A DNA stretch of 64,000 nucleotides from Fibrobacter sp. (GTDB lineage: Bacteria; Fibrobacterota; Fibrobacteria; Fibrobacterales; Fibrobacteraceae). Below the pieces are notes generated by a model. The model was not told the DNA's origin. It searched no databases and saw nothing but the letters and a program-made list of their open reading frames with translations. The stretch is taken from positions 1,787-65,786 of the forward strand of contig JAZLIJ010000066.1 of NCBI GenBank assembly GCA_045617325.1. Reading direction: 5' to 3'. The first letter of the stretch is position 1; every line of letters begins with the position of its first letter. Shown in pieces: positions 39,192 to 47,558 of this stretch. A program made the translations under genes and the position numbers.

Positions 39192-40229
39192 ATGGACGAC
39201 CAGCGCATTATTTCTCCACAAAAAGGCTATTTCGACGAAAGCGACGCAGAAAAGAATCTGCGACCGCCCAGCCTTACAGAATTTACCGGCCAGGACGATA
39301 TCAAGGAAAGCCTGTCCATCGCCATCGAAGCGGCGAAACACCGCGGCGATTCACTTGACCATTGCCTTTTCGCAGGGCCTCCGGGACTAGGCAAGACAAC
39401 TCTAGCAGGCATCATCGCGAAAGAGATGGGCGTGAACATCCACATCACAAGCGGTCCCGTCCTCGAAAAAGCGAGCGACTTGGCGGGCCTCCTCACCAGC
39501 CTACAGGAAAACGACGTTCTCTTCATCGATGAAATTCATCGGTTGAGCCGCGTCGTCGAGGAATACCTCTACCCCGCCATGGAAGATTTTAGGTTCGACA
39601 TCATGCTGGATTCGGGTCCTGCGGCACGCAGCGTGAACCTGCCGCTCAAGCATTTCACTCTCGTCGGCGCAACCACTCGAAGCGGACTTTTGACAGGTCC
39701 ACTCCGCGACCGCTTCGGCCTGCAGTACAGGCTTGAGCTTTACAACGAAAAAGACATCGTCAAGATTCTGATGCGAAGCGCAAAGATTCTCAACGTGAAG
39801 CTGACCGAAGAAGCTGCCGAAGTCCTCGGCGGACGCTGCCGTGGCACCCCGCGTATCGCAAACCGCGTGTTGCGCCGTTGCCGAGATGTAGCTCAAGTCC
39901 GCGGAACAGGCATCATCGATGTGCAGGCGGCTTCCAAGACACTCGACATGCTCGGTATCGACAGCGAAGGTCTCGACCCGATGGATAGGAAGATTCTCGC
40001 CATGACCATAGACAAGTTCGGAGGCGGTCCCGTGGGTCTCGGCACCATCAGTGCAGCTATGGGCGAAGAACCGGATACTTTGGAAGAAGTCTACGAACCG
40101 TACCTAATTCAAAAGGGGCTGCTTTCAAGGACCCCCCGCGGAAGAATCGCGACGCAGAATGCCTACAGGATGTTCCACAAGACACCACCTGTACACTTGC
40201 AAAGCGAGCAGACTGAACTGCCACTTTAA
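39192..40229 (+). CDS. ruvB: Holliday junction DNA helicase RuvB
   Basis: Start at [10 protein letters not shown]. Contains [13 protein letters not shown], Walker [12 protein letters not shown], Walker [10 protein letters not shown], and sensor residues. Confidence 0.95.
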   Translation: MDDQRIISPQKGYFDESDAEKNLRPPSLTEFTGQDDIKESLSIAIEAAKHRGDSLDHCLFAGPPGLGKTTLAGIIAKEMGVNIHITSGPVLEKASDLAGLLTSLQENDVLFIDEIHRLSRVVEEYLYPAMEDFRFDIMLDSGPAARSVNLPLKHFTLVGATTRSGLLTGPLRDRFGLQYRLELYNEKDIVKILMRSAKILNVKLTEEAAEVLGGRCRGTPRIANRVLRRCRDVAQVRGTGIIDVQAASKTLDMLGIDSEGLDPMDRKILAMTIDKFGGGPVGLGTISAAMGEEPDTLEEVYEPYLIQKGLLSRTPRGRIATQNAYRMFHKTPPVHLQSEQTELPL

Positions 40230-40231
40230 CA

Positions 40232-41674
40232 TCACTTGAATTCAGGAGCAACGGTCAGCACAAGGCTCACCCCATGCAGCCCGTGGAAACCGAACTGCAC
40301 ACGAAACAGGTACAAATCCGGGGTGCGGACACGAACGCCAAACCCCCAGGAATTGTACAAGCGCTTGAAGGACCATCGATTCACTTCGTCAGAAATCATC
40401 GAATATTCGTTAAAGAAGACTCCATCCACATAACGATCTATAGGCCAGCGATATTCACCCGAAAGTCCCATGACAAAAGGCGCACTCCAGGAGTTCGTGT
40501 AACCACGCATCGGAAAACGCGTATTCAGATATGGATACGCAGAAAACGGAGTACCGCCCTTTTCAACCTCCCAGACACCAATAAACCGATATTGGAAAGC
40601 CAAGACTCGACGTTCAAACAAAGTCTCCAGGACATTTTCCGGACGCCAAACACGCAAAGCCTTATCCAACGAGAAATCGGTATAAAAGCGCCGCGTTACG
40701 CGAGCTTCCTTCGCAGACAAAATATACTTGTCGGTCTTGCCCAATAAAAAATAATGCTGCAAAATAATATCCATGCGAAGATAGTCATGATTCTTGCCAC
40801 CATCTTCGATAAAACCCCGCCTCATCGACCCGTCATAATTTCCGCTTTTCAAATCGACTCCATCATAATTGCCGACAACAACATAAGTACCCTCAAAGGT
40901 AAAACGAGTACCACGAGACGGAGCGAACGGACAATCAAGGTTGTCATAGACTAGGGCAAATTCCACAGGAATTTCAACAAAATTCTGATATAAGCCTCGA
41001 TCTTCAATCAAAAAACGACTATCGTCAAAAATGGTATCATTCATTGTCGTAGGCAGCCCCTCATCATGCAGCTTCACATCCATGCTGAAGGAGGCGTTTA
41101 AATTTCGCGATTCCGTCAAAGGGAACCCCAGCCGAAATCCAAAACTGATTGTCGAATCGGCCTGAATATACTGTTCCTTCGTCATGGGAACAATAAAGTA
41201 GTCGTCACGATTGAAGTCCAACCTGAAATTGAATGCGCCAAGAAGCGGCATTCCAAACAAGCCCTGCTTGGAATAACGGACCCTCAAGTCAAAGTCACTG
41301 TTTGCGAAGAAATGTCCCTCAGTTACAAAATAGTCCCTGTCAAAAATCATGTTTCTGTGGCGGTAGTCGGCACCAAGCATCGTAGACGTTCCCGGCTTCA
41401 GGTTCGTCACCGGATAAATCATGATATTCTTTTTTTCGCCAAAGGATATCATATCAACCATTTTTTCAATAACGCCATTACTGAAAGCGTAATGCAGAGG
41501 CTGCGATATTGGATAAATGACATAGCCAAAGAAAGGCTGAATAATATGGAAAAAGGGCCACGATAGAACGTCCATCACCGATGAAGACTTGGATGTGGAA
41601 TCAGACGAGGTCTCCGCAACCGCAGAAACCGCCATGACACAAACAAACGCCAATAAAACAAACAAGCGACTCAT
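40232..41674 (-). CDS. Omp85/BamA-superfamily outer-membrane beta-barrel protein without recognisable POTRA domains
   Basis: Signal peptide. Barrel signature FPMRGYTNSW...GLSGEYRWPI. Alternating beta-strand pattern through to the C-terminal ...VLTVAPEFK. Confidence 0.6.
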   Translation of the reverse strand: MSRLFVLLAFVCVMAVSAVAETSSDSTSKSSSVMDVLSWPFFHIIQPFFGYVIYPISQPLHYAFSNGVIEKMVDMISFGEKKNIMIYPVTNLKPGTSTMLGADYRHRNMIFDRDYFVTEGHFFANSDFDLRVRYSKQGLFGMPLLGAFNFRLDFNRDDYFIVPMTKEQYIQADSTISFGFRLGFPLTESRNLNASFSMDVKLHDEGLPTTMNDTIFDDSRFLIEDRGLYQNFVEIPVEFALVYDNLDCPFAPSRGTRFTFEGTYVVVGNYDGVDLKSGNYDGSMRRGFIEDGGKNHDYLRMDIILQHYFLLGKTDKYILSAKEARVTRRFYTDFSLDKALRVWRPENVLETLFERRVLAFQYRFIGVWEVEKGGTPFSAYPYLNTRFPMRGYTNSWSAPFVMGLSGEYRWPIDRYVDGVFFNEYSMISDEVNRWSFKRLYNSWGFGVRVRTPDLYLFRVQFGFHGLHGVSLVLTVAPEFK

Positions 41675-41706
41675 TCGCCACCAAAACTATAATTATATTA
41701 GAGTCA

Positions 41707-44136
41707 ATGTTTTCTCTTTTTGCAAAAATCATCAAAAGAGCGGCCAATTATTCAAAAGCCTCTCTACTTGTTATCTTCGCCTTGCTGCTATTGAGCATCA
41801 TTCCTATCAAAAATTTACATTGGGAATTGCAATTGCAGGATACTTTGAAAGGCAAGGACGCCGTCACCGAATTTCAGGAAATCGAAGCTGCCTTCGGTGG
41901 ACTGGGCAGTCTCATAGCCGTCATCCAATCTGAGGACAGTCTATACAATTACAACATCGCAAAGAAACTGACCAATGAGCTACGCAACAATGCCGCAGTT
42001 CATTTCACCGATTTTGACACCGACATCGAATTTTACAAGAAAAACAAATTCCTCTACGCCAGCGAAAACGACATCGATACACTGGTTAGCCGCATAGAGA
42101 TTCTGCGTCAGCAGTTCATCAAAAAGAACAACCCGCTTTTCGTCGATTTGAACAGCGAAAATTCCGAAGCAGCCCCATCCACTGATGAAGGCTCCCGAGA
42201 AGGCCTCCTCAACGACCTTGAAAAAAAATACTTCGACAAGCTAGCAATAAGCCACTCCAACAAATCAGGTACCATCCGCATCGTCGAAATATACCCGACC
42301 CATTCGCTATCGGATTTACAGGCAAATCGCAATTTGGTTTCACAAGTAAAGGATTTTTTTGAGCAGGAACGCACAAAAAAAGAGTTCAAGTTCTACTTCA
42401 CAGGAAAGGTTTTTGCATCAGTGCAAACAGGCAAAAAGCTTCTTCCCGAAGCAAAAATTGCGGGCGGAATCACGGCGTTGTTCATACTGATTCTCCTCAT
42501 CATCCATTTCTACAAGCAACCGCAGCTGATTCCCATAGCGGTGCTTCCCCTCACCACACCCATCGTCTTTACACTAGCACTTGCATCCCTCATCTATGGC
42601 CGCATCAACCTTTTCACGCTGATGCTAGCCATATTGCTTCCTGGGCAAGCCTGCCAGACGCTCAACCACGTATTGAACCGCTACTACGAGGAACGAGAAA
42701 GCAAATTGAGCCCGCACCTGTGCATCGAGAGCGCCATTCTCGGAATCGGCCCTTCGACCGCCGCAGCCAGTTTCATCTTTGCATCGCTATTCGCAAGTCT
42801 CACCCTCATACCATTACCCGGACTGCAGGAACTGGGCGTCATGGGCGCTATCGGCTGTATTTTGAACTGGGCACTCTGCATCCTCCTCGCCGCAGCACTT
42901 CTAAAATACAGTCAAAAAAAGTCACCATTCGCAGTTATTCACAGGCCCCGCCTCAACAATTGCAAAATGACGATGCTTCCCAATCGGCTCAACTGGGCGA
43001 TATTCACGACTATCATTGTAGCAAGTCTTTTCGGTTACTACTTCGGTGGCAAGGAACTCAATTTCAGTTACGACTTTAACACCACAGAACTCAAAAATTC
43101 CGACCCAACGGTGGATTCGCTCATTGCGCAAACTGGATTTTCGAATTTTTCACCAATCATTCTTCTTTTACCAAACGCACAGGAGGGCGAATTTCTTCTA
43201 AAGGATTACAGCACCCTCAAGGCAAAGGGTGAAATTTCATACATAGACAAGATTTTCACACTTGCGCAATTTTCACCGAATCTTCAAGAAGAAAAGATGG
43301 AAAAGCTCCGCAGGCTCCATAGCGTCATCAGCAAGGATTTTCTGAACTTTCTCTCACCCTCCGAGCGCGACAACCTCAAGATGATTTCGCAAGCCATCGA
43401 AATGGACGAGAGCGACGAAATCGAGCCTCCAGAAAATATCGCAAATAAATTCAGAGACAGACATGGAAAGCAAGGTGTTTTTGCATTCGTCTTTTCCGAC
43501 ATCAACCAGGACAACGGACTGGAATGTCGTCGGTTGAACCGAGACCTTCAAAAGCTGGAAGGAATCAGGAACGGAAAATACCTCATCGCAGGAACAGCCA
43601 TCACCCGCGCCCAGTTCCTCGACAAAATTCTATCCAACACAGGAAAAGCAATTGTTCTAGGTTCCATCCTTGTCTGGGTTCTGCTACTCGTATTTTACAA
43701 TCGTCTGAGCCGTGCAATTTTCACGCTGCTTCCGTCCATATTCGCAATGAGCTGGCTTCTCTTGACGCTAGCCCTCAAGGAAGTCGGCATCACGGCCTAC
43801 AGCGCCCTCGCCTTCCCGCTTCTCATCGGTGCAAGCGTAGACGGTTCGCTGCAATTCTGGGCGTCGTACTACGAAAAAATGCAAGGTACGGCACTCACGA
43901 TTCTCAGGCGCAAGTATTTTTCAATTATCGTATCGCAGCTTGCAGCCCTCATCGGAACCTACAGTTGCCTCATATCGTCGCATCCAGGACTTCGCAGCAT
44001 AGGCCAAGTCGTGTTGATAGGCTTAATTTGCATTTTTGCGGCACAATTCACGATTTTCCCGCTAATTGCCGGTTCCCTGGACCATCACCGACTTCGCAAA
44101 AGACTGAAAAAAGCGGAACAACGCAAACAAATTTAG
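41707..44136 (+). CDS. MMPL/RND-superfamily exporter (COG1033-like)
   Basis: Two blocks of 5-6 hydrophobic helices (res ~235-400 and ~640-790), each preceded by a soluble domain of about 200 aa. This is the 12-TM pseudo-repeat architecture of RND-type exporters. Confidence 0.6.
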   Translation: MFSLFAKIIKRAANYSKASLLVIFALLLLSIIPIKNLHWELQLQDTLKGKDAVTEFQEIEAAFGGLGSLIAVIQSEDSLYNYNIAKKLTNELRNNAAVHFTDFDTDIEFYKKNKFLYASENDIDTLVSRIEILRQQFIKKNNPLFVDLNSENSEAAPSTDEGSREGLLNDLEKKYFDKLAISHSNKSGTIRIVEIYPTHSLSDLQANRNLVSQVKDFFEQERTKKEFKFYFTGKVFASVQTGKKLLPEAKIAGGITALFILILLIIHFYKQPQLIPIAVLPLTTPIVFTLALASLIYGRINLFTLMLAILLPGQACQTLNHVLNRYYEERESKLSPHLCIESAILGIGPSTAAASFIFASLFASLTLIPLPGLQELGVMGAIGCILNWALCILLAAALLKYSQKKSPFAVIHRPRLNNCKMTMLPNRLNWAIFTTIIVASLFGYYFGGKELNFSYDFNTTELKNSDPTVDSLIAQTGFSNFSPIILLLPNAQEGEFLLKDYSTLKAKGEISYIDKIFTLAQFSPNLQEEKMEKLRRLHSVISKDFLNFLSPSERDNLKMISQAIEMDESDEIEPPENIANKFRDRHGKQGVFAFVFSDINQDNGLECRRLNRDLQKLEGIRNGKYLIAGTAITRAQFLDKILSNTGKAIVLGSILVWVLLLVFYNRLSRAIFTLLPSIFAMSWLLLTLALKEVGITAYSALAFPLLIGASVDGSLQFWASYYEKMQGTALTILRRKYFSIIVSQLAALIGTYSCLISSHPGLRSIGQVVLIGLICIFAAQFTIFPLIAGSLDHHRLRKRLKKAEQRKQI

Positions 44137-44324
44137 CCCCACCCTCGGACTCCCTTTTTAACCGACAAAAACAGGATATCCGTCGAGCCCTTTAAACTTG
44201 CCATTTCGCGAAACATATTTTCACAAGCTTGTTTAAATGAATTTCTTACATCATCCGTAATATTGTCTTTTTATCAAAAAGCTCTTTACCATAATGACTT
44301 ATTTTTTGAGCAATTTTGGAGAGT

Positions 44325-44924
44325 CTAATTTTCACAATAAGAACAAGTAACTCCATTATTTTCTCGTACAGAAATATTATACTCCATATTTGGCGGATCA
44401 TCCTTTCCAAAACAGGGGATTACAACCTTTAAACATTTCTGAGAGAATTTGTAAAACGGTTCCATCTTAGTTCCTTTTGGGAATAAATATTCCCCCTTAG
44501 TCATAGAAGAATCAACCCACTCAACAAACCATTTATAATTAGATTTTCTTAAATTCGTACGTTTCATCCGACCAAAGGAAAGAGGCGTTTTTTGTGGACA
44601 CCCGGCTTTTAAGCATGAATCCGAAACCATATTTGCCCATGGCGAAAATTCCTTTAGTAACAAGGTGTCATCAACAGTTTCTATCCAAACTGGAGTAAAA
44701 ACTCTCATTCCAGAGTTAAGTAAATCAACGTCATAACAATCTTTATCTAGGGACATATTGATATTAAACGTCATCCCGTCATAAAAACGTTCAACATTTT
44801 CAATTCGACAAAATACATCTTCTTCTTTCTCAGAGTTTTTTTGACAAGAAACAAAGGATCCAAGAAAAGCAAGCAATAACACATATCTTACGAAAAATTC
44901 TGCATAATATTTCATACAAACCAC
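44325..44924 (-). CDS. Cys-rich lipoprotein, unknown function (AT-rich islet)
   Basis: Lipobox LAFLGSFVSCQ and 11 further Cys residues. No recognisable domain. Confidence 0.5.
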   Translation of the reverse strand: MVCMKYYAEFFVRYVLLLAFLGSFVSCQKNSEKEEDVFCRIENVERFYDGMTFNINMSLDKDCYDVDLLNSGMRVFTPVWIETVDDTLLLKEFSPWANMVSDSCLKAGCPQKTPLSFGRMKRTNLRKSNYKWFVEWVDSSMTKGEYLFPKGTKMEPFYKFSQKCLKVVIPCFGKDDPPNMEYNISVRENNGVTCSYCEN

Positions 44925-45172
44925 CTATTTACTTTGATCAATAGGATGTTCAGGGCCTTTAAGTGGTGAAAAATATATAAAATTGGGAGTTTTCAAGAGT
45001 ACTTCCTTTTCTGCAGAAGAGCCTCCATCGTAATTTCAAGCGTGAGCCTCGTGGAGGTGAACTCGTCATTTTTGCGGATATCTTAACAAACAAGTTCAAC
45101 GAGCAAGTCTCTCCAATCATAGGAAATTATTTCGCAAGATTGGACTTTAGATTTGAAAACAATTAAACAAGA

Positions 45173-45532
45173 TTAGAAATAACAATAAATTCCAAAACCA
45201 AGCAGGAATAATGGCATCCACATACTTTTGTTGATTAAACCTATTTTTACATCAAGGAAATCAAGAAACAAAAGTATCGCGGCAAGCAAAAAGAAAACAT
45301 ACGAAAAAACATTTATCGTATCATTAATAGATGATTTTTCCAAATGGTAATAAAACATCACCCCCTTTAACGACATGAGAATCAAGGCAAAAGAGGTTGT
45401 TGCAGATAAAAAACGACTAATCACACGAGCTTCTTCAATCACGGGCAACTCCTTTTGCGCAAGCTTTACGAAGATTCGACAAATCACCTTTGCGTACAAA
45501 TAGGATCTTTTTAGAAAAAGGATTTTTTTCAA
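45173..45532 (-). CDS. small multi-TM membrane protein, unknown function (AT-rich islet)
   Basis: Hydrophobic helices FALILMSLKGVMFYY, VFSYVFFLLAAILLFLDFL and MPLFLLGFGIYCYF. The true start is possibly GTG at 45424, just after the upstream stop. Confidence 0.35.
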   Translation of the reverse strand: MKKILFLKRSYLYAKVICRIFVKLAQKELPVIEEARVISRFLSATTSFALILMSLKGVMFYYHLEKSSINDTINVFSYVFFLLAAILLFLDFLDVKIGLINKSMWMPLFLLGFGIYCYF

Positions 45533-45980
45533 TGGTGAAACTTTTCACAGGTTCATCAGTATAATAAATCTTTATTACATCATGCGAGGTTTCAGCAAAC
45601 AATTCCGTATCCTCATCAATAGCTCCAATTCCCAAAGTTAACGGAAATTCATAAGTCGCAATGTGAATCTTTTCTTCTTTTGAATTGACATAGAAAATTT
45701 TATACACACGATATATTCCATAAGGGCCATTTACAAACAACCTTAAAAAAGATGTCTTTACATCTTCCCCCAATACCGCCAACTTTTCATTTTGAGTTGT
45801 ACAGGATCCACCGTCATCAAAGGAATATATCGGCAAAATTTCTTCGCCCTTTCCTGGAAAATGTCCTCCTCGCCAAGCGATGAAACAAAAAAGTACAACA
45901 ACAGCAACCGATAAAGATATGAGCGCTTTTAAAATCAATTCGAAACAATCAAGTACTGTAGAAATATATTTCATATTCAT
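45435..45980 (-). CDS. membrane-anchored protein, unknown function (AT-rich islet)
   Basis: N-terminal TM ALISLSVAVVVLFCFIAW followed by a beta-rich ~140 aa domain. No motif recognised. Confidence 0.45.
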   Translation of the reverse strand: MNMKYISTVLDCFELILKALISLSVAVVVLFCFIAWRGGHFPGKGEEILPIYSFDDGGSCTTQNEKLAVLGEDVKTSFLRLFVNGPYGIYRVYKIFYVNSKEEKIHIATYEFPLTLGIGAIDEDTELFAETSHDVIKIYYTDEPVKSFTIEKNPFSKKILFVRKGDLSNLRKACAKGVARD

Positions 45981-46225
45981 TGTTTCTATGGTTTATAATT
46001 TTCTTTATATAGTTCGTGATGTTCGCATTGGCACGTACTTTCTTTTTTCGCTTCAATACGTATGCGCTCTTCGGAACATTCCCTATTTTCTTCACCGCAT
46101 CCCACTAGATTCAGCAAAGGGAACAGACAGGCTCATAAAAGACAATTTATTCTACCCACGAAGTCCCTTGTGCATTAGCTTTCAGAATTATTTCAAATAA
46201 ATTACAATATCACGGTCAATTAAAT

Positions 46226-46894
46226 TTACTTCTTGTCTTGTGGCACAAGGCGCTCGACGACGCGGAAAAGGTCGTTGTAGATTTCAAGAAAGTCCTCAAT
46301 CCAAATCGGGTCGTGCTCGCCAACAATGTGGAAAGTTTCTTCCAGGGTGTGCAGCGAATTGTAGAGGCCGACCATGGCACCAGCGGGCTGCACATACTGT
46401 CCCTTGTAAATGGAAGAGGCTGCAATTCGAGCGCGATAGCTGCGGCGAAGACGCGCAATGAGGGCTGCTCGCAAAGCCAAGAGTTCATCATGCGCCATCA
46501 GGAATTCCGACTTGTCAATCCACTGGTTCACCAGGTCGAGGCGATGCAAAATAGCGTCGCGTTCCGTAACAGGAACGAGCATCTTTTTTGCGTCCAGCAT
46601 GGTGCGGATTCGCTTCGAGATTTTTGTCAAAAGTTCAGCGTTCCAGAAAATCATCGGCGGGCGTTCATCAACAGCATTCTTGGAAACCATCGGGGCATGC
46701 GTCTTAAGCCAGCGTTCCAATTTGTCGCAGATGAGTTTCGCTTCCGGATAGCGATCAACGCAGACGTATTCCTGCGCGCGGTTCATCAGCGCATCCGCGT
46801 AAACCATCCGCCAATGCGGAAGCTTCCCGGATTTGCGGATGGCATCAATCCGTTGCTTGAGACCTGCGAGTATTTCTTCGAAATTCTGGACCAT
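46226..46894 (-). CDS. cytoplasmic helical protein, unknown function (last gene of stator operon)
   Basis: 222 aa with no signal peptide. Its start overlaps the MotB-like stop (TAATG). No catalytic motif recognised. Confidence 0.6.
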   Translation of the reverse strand: MVQNFEEILAGLKQRIDAIRKSGKLPHWRMVYADALMNRAQEYVCVDRYPEAKLICDKLERWLKTHAPMVSKNAVDERPPMIFWNAELLTKISKRIRTMLDAKKMLVPVTERDAILHRLDLVNQWIDKSEFLMAHDELLALRAALIARLRRSYRARIAASSIYKGQYVQPAGAMVGLYNSLHTLEETFHIVGEHDPIWIEDFLEIYNDLFRVVERLVPQDKK

Positions 46895-47556
46895 TACTTA
46901 CCGGCTCCAGCCTTAGCCATTTTCGGAGAGTCAATTTTTTGGAGCGGCGTGACGCCGATTTCCACACGGCGGTTCAGGCGGCGGTGCTCCTCGCTATCGT
47001 TCGGATACTTGGGCTGATGTTCAGCGAAGCCGGCGGCAAAAATTCTATCCGGCGGAAACCCTTGAGCCACCAGGGCGCGCACCACGTTGACGGCACGTTC
47101 CGAGGAAAGATGCCAGTTGGTGTAAGTGGAGGACTTCACCGGGGTATCGTCGGTAAAGCCGCTCACCATGATGACATCGCTTGTATCCAAGGCGTCGAGC
47201 AGGCCCTTGCTGATGCCTTCAATCACGCGGAAACCTTCCTGCGTGAGATTCGCACCATTCAGCGGGAAAAGGAAGCTCGCCTGGATTTGAATTTTACCGT
47301 CTTCCAAGGCGATAAGTCCCGCCTCGATGGAAGTCTGCAAGCTCTTGGAGAGGAGCGCGTTACGTTCCGCGGCGATTTTTCGCATCTGCTCCTGGCAGGT
47401 GAGCACTTCCTCTTCGGTTCGCGTCAAATCTTCCGCCTTCTGCTCCTTGAGGGTCGCCATCGCGACAAAAGCCAAAATGAACAGCGAGACGAGGGCGACG
47501 CCCAAGTCCGTATAAGCCATCCACGGATTGCTGTTTTCGTCCTTAATCCGACGCAT
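46894..47556 (-). CDS. MotB/ZorB-like stator subunit with OmpA-type peptidoglycan-binding domain
   Basis: NPWMAYTDLGVALVSLFILAF places the conserved Asp at the cytoplasmic end of a single TM. OmpA-like C-domain SGFTDDTP...LSSERAVNVVRAL...NRRVEIGV. Confidence 0.8.
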   Translation of the reverse strand: MRRIKDENSNPWMAYTDLGVALVSLFILAFVAMATLKEQKAEDLTRTEEEVLTCQEQMRKIAAERNALLSKSLQTSIEAGLIALEDGKIQIQASFLFPLNGANLTQEGFRVIEGISKGLLDALDTSDVIMVSGFTDDTPVKSSTYTNWHLSSERAVNVVRALVAQGFPPDRIFAAGFAEHQPKYPNDSEEHRRLNRRVEIGVTPLQKIDSPKMAKAGAGK

Positions 47557-47558
47557 AA

